A DNA stretch of 64,000 nucleotides from Eledone cirrhosa. Its lineage: Eukaryota. The notes beneath the pieces were generated by a model. That model saw only the letters and a program-made list of their open reading frames with translations, did no database searches and was not told where the DNA came from. The first letter of the stretch is position 1. Every line of letters begins with the position of its first letter. This document shows positions 13,501-28,400 of the stretch, one piece after another. Both the position numbers and the translations under genes were made by a program. The stretch spans positions 260,524,001 through 260,588,000 of the forward strand of contig OZ024742.1 of assembly GCA_964016885.1 (NCBI GenBank), read 5' to 3'.

Positions 13501-16500
13501 CTTACCATGCTGATATGTATATGACAGGTTGTTATGGTTATACTCAGTTATCATCTAGAGTTACTGCACTCCAAGATGGGACAAAATACCACATACAACT
13601 TGTATGTTCTATTTTGGACATGGTTTCTTCAGTTGGATGTCCTTTATGATGCCAGCAACTTTACAGAATTTACTGGAGGCATTTTATTAGCAGATAGTGG
13701 CTGAAAATGAGGATGAAATAAAATGTAACAAAGTGTACGGGGGTACATTTTATCATGACACCAGCACTAGAGAGCTTGTTATATGATCAGCCAAACTGAA
13801 GATTCTTCTCAAATCTTATATTGTCTCTGGTCTCTTACTGTGTTGACTTTTAGTATCACACTGCTTGTACTGGTGGATGGATTTTTTTTATATTATAACA
13901 TATCGACAGTTAGCTCAGCCCTGTCTCAAACCATGACAACCCATAATATATATCATCATCACCGTTTTATGTCCATCTTCCATGCTAGCATGGGTTAGAC
14001 GGGTTGTCCTGTTGTGGGCAATGCCAGGTCGGGTGACCTTGTCTTGCTCATAAGGTGGGTATAACAGGATTGTTAGAATATCAGTGAAAATATTTCATGG
14101 TATTTGTTTCAGCTCTTTGCACTCTGTGTTTACATGGTTTCTATAGCTGCATTCTCCTCCCATCACCGACCTTACAGGGTGTACTGGAAGCATTTTTTGT
14201 GGCACCTGGTCTAGAAAGATTTTCATGTCATAACTGAAGGGTGTTTTCAATTCCTTTTAGCATGGTTTCTATAGTTGGAAGCTCTTCCTAACACCAATCA
14301 CTGTATAGAATGTATTGGGTGCATTAAACATATGAAAGACCACTTTACTTTATATAAATAAAGCTGATGCCATAATAAAATATACCCAGTTACTCTCTCA
14401 GGTGGTTGATAATAGGAAGGGCATTCAGCTACAGAAAGTTGCCAAATATGGAACATATGAGCATGATGAGATCTTTTCAACCCATCTAGTCTCAGACTGT
14501 GACAACCTGTCCAACCTCTGCCAGTATAGAAAGTGGATGTAAACTGAAGATTATTTCTTGATTTCTTTTTTCTAGATAACCAATACAGGTGGTTCCGAAG
14601 AGATGGACAAGAATTCCGTTCTAGCATCTGTGAAATTCCTGAAAAAGAGAATTTCAGAGTTTTCCATCAAAATCGAAGCCTTGGTAAGTTGGATTTGCCT
14701 CTTTCTTGCGACTTACTGACAATATTTACAGAACATAAAGGAAAGAAACTGATTGTCAGATCAATCTAAGGAAATAATATTTTCATTGTTTTTTTTCATT
14801 GTTGATAATCTGTTGGTCACAACTGGCAAAAGAAAGAAACTAATTGTAAGACCAAGAAAATAATTTTTCCATTGTTGATATTATCTGTCTGTTGCAACTC
14901 CTGGCAGAATGAGCACTGTGAAATAAAGTATTTTGCTCTAGGACACAGTGCACCACCTGTAAATAAGTGTTTTGGAGGAAGCATTACGTCAAGTTCTCTG
15001 GGGGTTGAGAAAACTCAGGAAAAGGATGATAGCAGTAGGGGTTAAAGTCATCTCTTATGTTAGATGATACAGCTTCATGTCGAACAGGATGTTAAGAGTT
15101 TTACAGTTTTTTTTTATTGTTTTATATATTTTCCAACTATGTGTGATTAAAAACCATACTATTTAAAACTGTGTAAGATGTGGGCTCATGATAATTCTCT
15201 TGTAGATTCTGGATACTGTAGGGATACAGTATACTTGTTCTACACTGGATATACTCTCCATGTCCTAAACGTTGACTAAAAGTATTGGCACCAGGAAAGG
15301 CATCTGACTAAAACATTGTTTCAAAAAGGACCCCATAATGAGCATGAAGCATTCCACAGGTCCTGTAAGGCTAACCCCCTCCTTTAGCCGGAGAAAAATT
15401 GATCAGGAAATGTTAGTTGCTTAGATAGTAGACATCTCCAGAAAAGGTCTGGTTAGGGTGTTGGGCTCATGATCATATGGTTATAAGTTCAATTCCTAGA
15501 CCAGGATGTGTATTGTGTTCTTGAACCAAACATTTCATTTTGTTTCTTTTCATGATAGGACCGGAGGACCCTATCATTAAAATCCCTAAGAAACCACCAA
15601 TGAAATGCAACCTCATAGGAGGCCAGCTACATTTGCATTGGTATGAGTGGTAATAACAACATACATATGTATGATAGGATTGGGGTCCCCTATCATTAAA
15701 ACACCCAAGCTGACCTTATAGAAGGCCAGCTAAACCTGCATAGGTGTGAACTGTAAATTTCATTTTTCTCTAAATTCTTCCCTTCACCATTCTAGATTAT
15801 GGACAACATCTCCAAAACAAGAATAATCTCCTGAGAGGACCAACGATGAAAGAAGAACCAACAAATGTACTTGCTGTATTGACTCCACCATCAGCTTTTA
15901 TGGAGTTTACAGCTTTTGGTAACCCACCACCAGTCTATGAATGGTACCGTGAAAACACTAAAATCAATTCCAAATCCAACCCTCGCTACACTCTTACCAA
16001 TGGAAGATTAACCATTTCCTCCCCAGTTCAGGGAGAAGATGACACCTTCTATCATTGCTTTGCTTCTAATAATGCTGGCAGAATCAGGAGTAGAAATGTG
16101 CAGTTTACATTCGGCTGTGAGTGGTCCTTTTTGTTTTAATTTAGGGTACATCTATTATCAGATAGTATAGTTGGGGTAGTCAATATCTTAAAATAAAATG
16201 TATAATTTAAATTTTTTTGACAGCTCTTGGAGAATTTTTGAATACTGAGCGAGAAGGAGTTCAGGCACAGCAGTATGAAGGAACATATCTACAATGTAAA
16301 CCACCAAAATATAATCCAGGTAATAATAATAATAATCCCATTTGTTTCATTATTTTCTGATTTTATTGTTGTCGTTGTTGTTATGGATCCCACCTATGCA
16401 CGTTTAGATGGCCTCTTATAAGGTTGCATCTCATAGAAGCTTTCTTGAATATTTTAATGATAGGGGTCCCAGTTCTATCAGAAGGACTCCCTTACCTGGA

Positions 16501-19500
16501 CTGAGTGCCATCCATTGCAGGAGTTGACCCCTTACTCCTGCTGCTGCTAGACATTCTCATTTAGCTTAGTGGGCTGAAATGTCTTGCTCAAGGACACAAC
16601 ACACTGTCTGATCCACTAATCATACCTACGACCTTATGATTGTGTCCCTTATACCCTAACCAATTATACCCAGACCAAACGGAGACAATATAGGATGGAG
16701 AGAACCTTCCAGTCTGGCTAGGCATATAACAACCTCTCTAATGTTGATGCTACATTAAAACACACCCAGTACACTCTGTAAAGTGTTAGTGCAACATTAA
16801 AATGCACCCAGTACACTCTGTAAAATGATTGGCAATCAGATATAGTGTGGGGTTTAAAAATGCATCCAGTCCATACTGTAAAGTGGTAGTGCTGGTGCTT
16901 CAATAAAATGCCCCAGTACACCCTGTAAGGTGGTTGGAGTTAAGAAGGGCATCCAGCCATAGAAGCCAAGTCAAAAATGGAAAGTATGATCAAGACATGG
17001 TCATCTGATCTGTCTAATATCAATATGTGAAAACCTGTATCTCATGAAAACATGTAAAATAAACATAAAGCAGTGATAATGATGAGGCCAGTGGCAACAA
17101 ATTAATGGAGGTAATTAACAGAATCATTAGAACACAAGATATGTCTTCTGATATTTGATGAGATCATCTTTGCCTTTCATATTTTTGGGTCAAGATAAAA
17201 TATAATAGTAGCACCAGTGAAGGATTAGTGGAATAAAGTAGTAATAGTAGTAATGAAAGATTGGTGGTCTGTAATAGTAGTAGTGGTAGTGAAGGAATGG
17301 TGGAATATAGCAGTAGTAGTTAAGGATTGGGGAATTGTTAAAGTATTGGACGCGATGCCTTGCGGTATCTGTTCCAGCTCTGTGCATTCTGAGTTCAAAT
17401 CCCACTTCTTGTCACTGCCAAACCTGTGGAAACATGGTTTCTTTGGTGACTCATTGTTGTGAGGTCAGTGAAATAGTAGAAAGTGCTTTGTGATGTTGAG
17501 CTACACTCAGATGATGGGATTGTTATGCTGAAAAATGAAATCCTTACAATCATAAAAATTGATCACAATAAATTAATACCTTGTATACTTGTGTAAAAGT
17601 TGATCCTATGTTAAATTCAACCTCCTATTTTTCAACTCCCAAAAATGCATTTTTCGGTGTATCTCTTGTAAAAGTTGACTTTAATTCTTTATGAACAACA
17701 TATCAAAATTATTGAATTAAGGTATTATCTTGAACATAAATATTACGGTGAGGAAAGTCATTTTACTATGCCATTATGCCCTGATGTATGTAAGTGGAAA
17801 TATCAGATACACAGCTTTATTTATGTGTTTTGGTAGAAAGAAATATGTCTTGATGGGTAGAAATATTGGTGTTATTTCTGTAATTCATTATTATTATTTT
17901 TTTAATTCATTTAGAATCCATTTACGTTTCTACTTATTGATACAGTATTAGTGTGAAACTCAATCCCTCAAAAGTAATATCCATATGACCCATAATATCC
18001 ATATGACCCATAAATTTAACAAAAACATAGGTTAACAAGTTTAATATTTACAAGAGTAAAAATCTTATGTAATTATGACATTTTTTTTAATTTCCCTCTA
18101 GCAATTCGTTATCAGTGGACGGTAAATAGCGACCTGAATTTTGTTCGGCCTGAAGTCAATGCATATATTTTTATTTCTCGCAATGGTAATCTATATTTCT
18201 CTGAGGTCAGTCACAATGATGCCGGCAAATATTTCTGTATTGTGGAATTGGCCAGTCTCCCAAACTATAAAGAGTTTAGCAGTACACAAAGTCTTGTTCG
18301 GACCAGTCTAGCTATACAATTGAAGGTGATTCCTAAAGGTAAGTGATGTCCTAAACAATGAGAGAGTCAATATGGGTGGACACCAACAGCAATGATTGAC
18401 GATGACAAGAGAAAGATTGACGGTTAGAAAAGTAGACATGACAATGACAGGAATAGACATCGGAGGTGGTGGGAGTGGACATTAATCACAAGTGACAAAA
18501 GTGGTCTCCATTCATTTTTCTTATCTTACATTCTTTCTTTCTCTCCTCACTCTTTCTCTCCTCACTCTTTCTCCTCTCACTGTCTTTCTGCAATCACTCT
18601 CTTTCTCCCCTCACTCTCTTTCTCTCTTCATTCTCTTCTTTTTCTCTCTCTTTCTTCTCCTTTTTCTCCCCCCTCTCTCTCTCTTTCTACTCTCTCTCTT
18701 CCTCTTTAACATCGTTAACCCTTCTTATATTTAGGTACTAGTAACATTAGACCTCAAATACATGAAGATTTTCCAGCAGTATTTCCAGAGCAACCATTGG
18801 AAGATGATTCCATCTATATAGAATGCTTTGCTTTTGGAACGTAAGAATTCAAAGACATCTTTTATTTCAACTTTTTCGTTACCATATTTCCTATTAAAGA
18901 CACTACCTATCTCTTTAACCCTTTCATTACCATATTTCTAATTAAAGACAATGCCTATGTTTAACCCTTTCCATATTATATTTCTAATGAAAAACACTGC
19001 CTATGATTTTCAAGTGATGCTTAAAATAATCAAACATTTGGTGGGATTTAATAATATAACCAACTTTACTGGGTAATTGCTGGCCTTATGCCAAAAGTAG
19101 AAACAATTATTAAGCTGGTGGTGAATTGGCAGTATCGGTAGAGGGTCGGACGCCATGTTTTGACGCATAGAGTTATGGCCCTTGCCATTCTGAGTTCAAA
19201 TCTCGCCGAGGTTAACTTTGCCTTTCATCCTTACGGGGGTCGATAAAATAAAGTATCAGTAATGCACTGGGATAATTACTGGCCTTGTGTCAATAGTAGA
19301 AACAATTATTAAGCTGGTGTGAGGGCGGTTGATTGACAGTATCAGTAGAGTGTCGGACGCCCTGCTTCGCAGCATAGAGTTACAGCCCTTTATGTTCTGC
19401 ATTCAGATCCCACCAAGGTTAGCTTTGCCTTTTGTCCTTACAGGGTCGATAAAATAAAGTACCAGTAATACACTGGGTTGAATTTAATCGACTTTCCATC

Positions 19501-22500
19501 CCTTTCAAATTGCTGGCCTTGCCTATATCAGAAATCATTATTACTCTGGTGTTGAAGCATAGCATAACAAATGTTTTTGCATAAAAATATGATGGAAAGT
19601 TTTTAGATAAATATAAAACATTTTAAAATAAACAAGTTTGTATCTTAAAACCTGGTGATTTCATATCAAAAGAGTTAAATGATTTGCATTTTATAAATAC
19701 AAATTATTCTCTTTTTTTGGAGTTGTACTTATTTGGCAAGTGACTTGATCTGGGACCGTGTTGAAACTATTACACCATGGAAGAGTCATTTTAGCCATTC
19801 AAAAAACACACAAAAACTTTACATTTATAATTTATTCCCTAGTGTCAAAATTTTCATCACACTCTTTCCGACCTTGTTACTGAATTACTGTGGAACTGTA
19901 GCAAGGTACCAGTAACTGTACCAGGTAGCAAATAGCATTACAAAAACATTTGACACCAAGAAATAAATGTAAAGTGAATTTGATAGTTTTTGTGTGTTGT
20001 GTGTTCACCTGTGATAATACTGGTGCTAAACAGTTTCAACCTGGTCTTTGTCTTTGATGACATCAGTGGCATGGAAAGAGAACATTTTCAGGCGTGAGCA
20101 ACTACTGGTCTTCTTCAAAAGGATCTTGCTTAGGTTCACACTTTAAAGTGAAACTTTCCTTGGACTGATCCTTCGTGTTTCAAGATCTACAGGAGTTCTG
20201 GATATATGATCTTTTTTACATCTGTTTTTCTCTGCTTGCATCAGTTGGAGAGGTCTTCTTTAGAACAGCCTCCTTTCACTTATGTTCCTTGGTAATCCCC
20301 CACTGTGAGCTTCAGCATTCTGAGATCAGCTCTAGCCACCTCTACTTAGGTATTCTTTGGTCTTCCTGTATTGGTTTTCCACTAGGAACTCATGGCACTT
20401 TATCAAACAATCATCATTCATTCACATTACATGTCCATACCAATGCTATCTTCTCTCTTTCACACTACATCTGATTCCCTTTATCCCTAGTTTTTCTTCA
20501 ACTCTTCTGTATTCCATCATCATTCACATTAACATTACACATGATAATTAAAAAAAAATTATTCAATTGATTTATTGATTGTATTTCAGGTTTAAACTTC
20601 AATACACGTGGACTCGAATTGATGGAGCGATACCAATAAATGTGAAATTTGAAGACCATAACAGGATAATGAGATTCCCAAAGGTCAGTGTTAGTGATAG
20701 TGGAATTTATAGATGTCGAGTAAACAATGATTTTGGAATAGGAAACAAAGATATTGTACTTGATGTAAAAGGTAAGAAATTTTACTTTACTTTTTAGTTA
20801 CCATATGTTACCATCAGGGCCAGTGCCAAACTATCTAGCACTCTAGGCAAACCCACCCTCAGGAAAATATCAATTTCAAAATTTATAAACAAATTTTAAA
20901 AAAAAATGTTTAACATTTATTTGTCCCTGTATGAAATAAACCAGGATAAAAAACGACCTTCAATAAAACTGAAATTTATTTATTTATTTTTCAAAATTAT
21001 TGTTGATTTTGGAGAAATACGACCCTGAAATCAGTGCCCTAGGTGGCTGCCTAGTTTGCCTATACGATAGACCCATCCCTGGTTACCATAGATACTAGCA
21101 TGATGTATTTTGGTTTTATGCTCTCTGAGTTCAAATCACACTGGGTTCAGTTTGCTATTTCATCCTTTTGGGTACCATCTGTTACCATAAATTGTCATTT
21201 GATTGAGATTTGGTTGCTGTTTCTAAAAGATTGAGTGACCACACGTTTTTTTAATATTCATATGTATCGACATTGGTAAATAAACCATTGCAGCATCAAG
21301 TGAGTTGAAATTCTTAAGAAATGTAGGAATTCTCAAACAGAATATAACTGTAACTACAGTCAATTTCTATAAATAATAGCTTAGAAAATCAGGTAATATA
21401 GATGGAAAAAAGTGACCAGCAGCTTCTACAGAGAATTGAATTCTGTACCTCTCATTTTATTTCTCTGTAGTGCCTGCTGGCTGCTTTTTCCATCTATAGA
21501 GGTATTTTTCCTGATTTTTTAAACTATTATTTATAACAATCAACTGTGTTCAATTATTTTCTCCATTTCTTAAGAATTTATATTTATATTTTTTCTATTT
21601 AAGCCTTATTTTATAAGGAAATATAATTTTAAATCCAAAAATAAGATTGTAATTAAAACTTCAACCCTTTTCTACTAATATTTTCTGTATTTTATATTTC
21701 AGTGAAGCCACATTTTAAAAATAGACTGAAGGATCAGATTTTAGACATTGGTAGCCAGATAACATGGCGTTGTGAGGCTCATGCCAAGCCAGCTGCGTCC
21801 TACACCTGGTACAAAGACGGTACCCAAATAAAGTCCAATACTGGAAAGATCAGTGTATACAACAATGTCCTCACCATATTTCAGATCTCAACATCAGACA
21901 ATGGCATGTACCAATGCCAAGCTGTAAATAGCTTTGGTTCGGCTCTCTCAAATGGTCAGTTGAGAGTTGTAGGTGAGTTTTTCATTATTTTTCACTCTTT
22001 TACCATATTGCTAAATACCCAGGCATACACTAGATATGCAGCCACACATTGTAGAGCTAGCCTAGAGCCTTAAATAGCTAGATACACGCTGTAGAGCTAG
22101 CTTAGGGTGCTAAATACCCAGGCACACACTGTAGAGCCAACCTAGAATACTAAATATCCTGGCACACATTGTAGAGCTAACTTAAGGTACTAAATACTCA
22201 TGCACACATTATAGAGCTAGCCTAGGATACTAAATACTAAGGTATTGACTCTGCTTACACTTACACACATTCTTTTATGTCAATTATAATGTTGATGATG
22301 ATGATATATTTATATTTTGGGATTTGTCTAATGTTCCATCTTTTAACTTTTATTTTTCAATAACACAACCAGAATTGAAGCCAGTTTTCTGGGAGAACCC
22401 TTTGCCACCCAGTACCCTATCATCGAAGTCTGGAAATGTTACATTAGAATGCCAACCAGAAGCAGCTCCATACCCCACTATTGAGTGGTCTAAAAATGAC

Positions 22501-25450
22501 AGGTCCCTTGGCTTAACTGCAGGTTCTACTAATAACCGCTACACTTTATATCACAATGGAAACCTTCTTATTACTGATATTACGACGGGTGATGCTGGTA
22601 CATATAAGTGTGAGGCTACAAACAATTTGGGAACTGCTTCAACAGAAACTAGGCTCATTGTTAAATGTAAGTAGTCTTTTTCTGGAATGTATGTATATAT
22701 ATATATATATATTTATTTATTTAGGTATCATCATCGCCTGCTTTTCCATGCTTACATGAATCTTTTCAGTACAGCATCTCTCCACTCATCACAATCCTTT
22801 ATCTCTATTGTGAGGTTCAGGGATTTGAGATCAGCTCTCACAACTTCTGCTCAAGTCTTCCTCTACTGTCGTTTCCTTCCACTGGGATTTTTTGGCACTT
22901 CTTCATCTCTTGCTTCATTTCTCTCCAGATTTCACATATTCTCTGCAGTCACTGCTCATGTCTCACTGCCATGCAACATTGCACACGGGCATCATACAGT
23001 CGACTTTTCATTCATAAGAAAAAACCTTTTCTTGTCAACAGAGATAGTAGCTCTCTAACTTTCTTCCATCCTGTTCTTATTCCACTGTTAATTAGGTCAT
23101 TTAAATAGAAGCTATCAACCACTTCTATGAAACCTACCTGGGATTGAAAAAGGTGTATATCACTCACACTCTCTTATCAATTTTCCCTAAACATCTATTA
23201 CATACAAAGTCTTCCTTTCCTTTTAGTCTGCTTGCTATCTCGCTACACCTCTTATGTACCCAAGATTTTCATTGTGTACATAGTATAGAGTTTCTACCTG
23301 TATATCATCATCATCACCGTTTTACATCCGTTCTTCCACGCTAGCATGGGTTAGATGGGTTGTCCTGTTGTGGGCAGTAGCCGGTCGGCTGACCATGCCT
23401 TGCTCATACGGGAACTGATTCTGGCTTGATTTCTACAGCTGGATGCCCTTCCTAACACCAACCTCATTTACAGTGAGTGCTGGGTGCTTTTTTTCCATGG
23501 CGCCTACACGTCCACTTTATAGTGTGGGCTGGGTGCTTTTTTGCCGTGGCACCTCCACGACCACTTTGCAGTGCGAGGGTGTGGGGGCATATTGTCTATA
23601 TGCTTTGTATATATAATGTAGCCTACTCCTGTCAATCCTATCACAGTCTTCCTAGCCTGGTCAAGGACACATCAAGCACTCTAGTGTTAAAAGGTGGTAG
23701 TGCTTATGCTATAATAAAAAGCACCCAGTCCACTCAGCCAGGCAGTATTGGTGGAGCCACCATAAAATGCACCCAGTATATGCCATAAAATGGTTGTCGT
23801 TAGGAAAAGCATCCAGTCATAGAAACCGTGCCAAAAATAGAATATATGGATGAGGTTCAGTCATTTAACCTGTCTCGTCTCAGAATATGATGATCCAAAT
23901 AACCCATGCAAGCATGGAAAATAGATGTAAAATGATGATGTTTATATATATATATATATATGTATATAAATTTCGTATTTTTAAAGAAACACGTTTATAG
24001 ATAAACATTTAGAAAGCCATAGCTTGGCAAAAAACACCGGGGCTAATGCCCTCTGGTGGTGTCCAGCAGAAGCAAGGGGGACAATTGTCGATGCATTTCG
24101 AACTTAACTGGTTCTTATCAGGACGATCCCTCCCACACCTGCCACTGCTGGACTTGAAAACAGTCGAGAATATATAGTTTTCTCGTCTGTGTAAATGAGG
24201 TGATTAATCTCATTTGCATATGAAGCTGCATAAGTTGGCTCAACTTATAATAGAATAGAATTAGGATTTATCTTCAGGCATAGCTGTGTTTCGTTAGAAA
24301 TACGAAATTTCTATACATATCTATATACAGCTATGCCTGAAGCTAAATCCTAATTCTATATATATATATAAGATGCAGAGCGTTCAAAGTCGATGGAAGC
24401 CTTGAAGTGGGGAGTCTCAGGAAGACTTTGGATGAAGTGATAAAAGCCGACCTTGCCTAATTGCACCTCTCAAAGGGGATGACACAGGACCAAGATCTCT
24501 GGTGTTATGTGATAATACAGAAGACCCGACTTCCCACGAGCACAGGCCAACGTTGAGACATATATATAGTATGCACCACCCCCATCCCACCCTCCCATGA
24601 TGACATTCCAAAACACTGTAAAGTGGTCATGATGATGACACTAAAAAGCACCCAGTCCACACAGTAAAGTGGCCATGTAGGTGTCAAGACAAAAAGCACC
24701 CAGTCCACACTGTAAAGTGGTCGTGGAGGTATCACAACAAAAAGCACTCAGTACTCACTGTAAATGAAGTTGGCAGTAGGAAGGGCATCCAGCTGTAGAA
24801 ACCAAGCCAAATTCTGTATGAGCAAGGCATGGTCAATTGACCTAACATTACCCACTATAAAACAACTCATCTAACCCATGCCAGTGTGGATGTAAAATGA
24901 TGATGATATATGTTCGTGAGTTGTTCCACATTGCAAAGCAATGTGTCAGTGTCAATCAAGGTGTTATTCGGGAAAAGTATTTTCAATATAACATTGGTGT
25001 GTGACTGATGCTCAAAAGAAATAAACCTATTTTGAAAAGTTGATGAATTTGGAGAATGAGAGGGAAGAAAAGAACATACCTCCAACAAAGGGACCAGCTA
25101 TTGAAATTGACAGTTATAGGGTCAATGAAGTAATCAGGGTGATGAAAAATGGAAAAGCCACTACACTGTTAGTTGCTGAGATGTTGAAATTGTCTAAACT
25201 AGTGACCTACATAATCAGATAATATAAAATTGGGTCATTATAAGGAAAATGGTGATTCACAAGAAAGGAGCAACTACAGAGACATAAAACTGATGGAGTG
25301 GACCAAGTTGTAAACAGTAAGAGTTTTAGCACAATTAAGGAAAGAGTCTGATGTTTATGCTGATATTGGTTTGGTATTGATGTGGTGTTGCTGTTGTGAT
25401 GCCCCATTGTTATTGATTGTGTAAGTAGTAACAGTAGTTTTTTTTGGTGT

Positions 25451-25486
<36 letters not shown>

Positions 25487-28400
25487 CAAACATACACGTA
25501 CACGTTTACTTTTAGCATATATATATATATATAAGGTTGAGAGGACTCTTCAGTTGTGTCAAGGACATGAAAACCTCCCTGGTGTTGGTGATAAACACAG
25601 CCAGTACACACTGTAAAATGGTTGGTGATATGAAGGGCATCCAGCCATTGAAATCTTGCCAAACAAAGGGTTGGGAGGACCTTCAGTTGTCAAAAACATG
25701 ACAACCTCTCGTGCTGGTGCCACAATATAGTGTTTGAGAAGCCCCTTCAATTTGGCCAAGCATATAACAACCTCTCTAGTGTTGATGCCACAATATAGAG
25801 TTTGAGAAGACCTTCTTTCCTTAGACATTCTGACCACATGTCCATAATATCAGAGCTGTGATCTCTCAATTTGGAGAAGTAACAACTCTACTGGAACAAC
25901 TCCCTGATCTCTGAGCTATACACTCTATCAAGTACCATTACTCCAGCCAGATCATTTTGAGAGAGTTGTTTCTGCTAGGACCCAGTGAAAGGCATGCTTG
26001 AAGACTCTACCCCAACGACCTTCCCAGGATTAAGTGGGTGAAGAAAAGACCCTTCAGTTTGACCTAGCATGTAACAACATTTTTAATTTTGGTGCCTTAA
26101 TATAAGGTTTGAGAGAATCCTTCAGTCTGTCTTAGTATGTAATGACCTTTAGTGTTGGTACCACAATAAAATGCACCCGGTACATTCTATAAAGTGGGAG
26201 TGTTAATGCAAAGAAAAAACACACCTGGCACACCCTTTAAGGTGGTTGGCATTAGTTTTGAAGGACATCAAGCCATAGAAACCATGCAAAATATAGAATG
26301 TACAAGGAAGATGGGTCACTCTGACCCATCAGATCTTAGACTGTGACAGCCTATATAACTGCCAGCATGGAAAGTAAATGTAAAATGATAATGATAATAT
26401 TGGGTTCTGATTTAGCCCACATAAATGTTAATTAGTTTGTGTAATGTATTTCTGTTTTTCTAATTAATACCAGTAAGCACAGTGATCACTACTAAACCAA
26501 GGAACACCAAAGTTATCTACAATGAGACAGCTGTTTTCAAATGTAAGGCCTCTTATAATAAAGGCTTGGATGCTATATACTCCTGGTCCTTTAATGGTTA
26601 TTATATTGATATCAAGAAAAACCCCTACTATGCTGCCGTAAGTCATTTTCTTTCTAGCTGCCTCTCTCTCTCTCTATTTAACTTTTTCATAACTATATTT
26701 CTAATGAAAGACTCTATTTATATATAATAAATAATTTTTAAAACAATAATTTAGAAGGATTTAATAATATAACTTTCTCATTAAGAACCTTTGTTATGTT
26801 GTTTTGAACATAACAGATTCTTACATGAAATTATGACAGATGGTTTTTAGATAAATATAAACACTTTAATGCTTTCATTACCATATTTCTAATGAAAGAC
26901 ACTGCCTGTGGTACTGTGGCCTGCAATGCAGAGGAAAGAAAGGCAAACAAATACCGGGATTGTTCAGCCACTTCCTCTTCGCATCGATCGCCGTTGAGAC
27001 CTCAGGCTTACTTGGACCTCGTACTGCTGAACTCCTCTGCAAGATGTGAACATCAGCAGCCCAACTAAGGAAGGAGCCCCGTGAGGTGGGGTGGCTGTTA
27101 CATTGGATATCGCTGGTCAACGGAAATGCTTTTGCAATCTTGTCCGCATAGCACAGCCCTAACACCGCTGTGCCCTAGGCCGAGAGCCCATCACCACCCC
27201 CTTTTCCCCTCCCATTATTCTGTGGCTCTAGAGCACTTGCTTTTCCCTTCTTTTTCCATTTTTAAATATTTGTATTTTTCTAATTATTTTATAGTCATTC
27301 ATTCCTGTAGTTGCTCATTTATTAAATTATGTATATTTCTATGTATTCTCCTGTGCTGGTTAAAAATCAATCTATAGATAATTGGTAGTACAGTACAATT
27401 TTGTAAATATTATTCACATTTTGTATCAATAATTGGCATTATCCTTATTAAAAATTTTCTCTGTTAGTTTTGAAAATAATCAAGAATTTCAAGGATTAGT
27501 AAAAAAAAAAAAAAAAAAAAAAACTTAGTATTCAGCTAGTGTTTGGATCATAACTTAAGAGTTTCTTCTACTTTTGGCAGAAGGCCAGCAATTATCCCAG
27601 TGCATTACCGGTACTTTATTTTATCGACCCCGTCAAGATGAAAAGCAAAGTTAACCTCGGCGGGATTTGAACTCAGATCGTAAAGGGGCGTAAATCTATG
27701 CTGTAAAGCATGACATCCGACCCTCTACCGATACTGCCAAAGTTTTTTAGTTAAATATAAACATTTTAAAACTGTATCATAAAAGCAAAGTTGGTTTCAG
27801 TTGGGATGGTATCGAAAGTGTTAAACATTATGGTTTGGTCAATTTCAATTTGTTCCATACATTGTGACTGTTTTTTTTTGTTTTTGTTTTTTGTTTTTTC
27901 TAGGGTGAAGGAGATGATAAAGGAGATTTATATATCAGGAATGCTGAGTTCAAACATGCAGGCTATTATTTGTGTCAAATAAAAACTATTGTTGACACAG
28001 TTAGCAGTGGTGCCTACCTTACAGTGATTGGTGAGATTTACTGTCATCATAATTATCTTTATTATGTCTTGGATTTCATTCCATAGTGTTGGTGACATGA
28101 TAAAATGCATCCAGTACAATCTCTAAAGTGGTAGTGCTGGTGCCACAACAAAATACAGTCAGTACACCCTGTAAAGTGTTAGAGTTGGTGACATGATACA
28201 ATGCATCCAGTACACCCTGTATAGAGTTAGTTACATGATAAAATACATCCAGTACACTCTATAAAGTGGTAGTGTTGTTTGCATGATAAGATGCACCCAG
28301 TACACTCTGTAAAATGATAGTGTTAGTGCCATGATAAAATATACCCAGTACACCTTGTAAAGTGGTAATACTGGTTATATGATAAAATGCACCCAGTACA

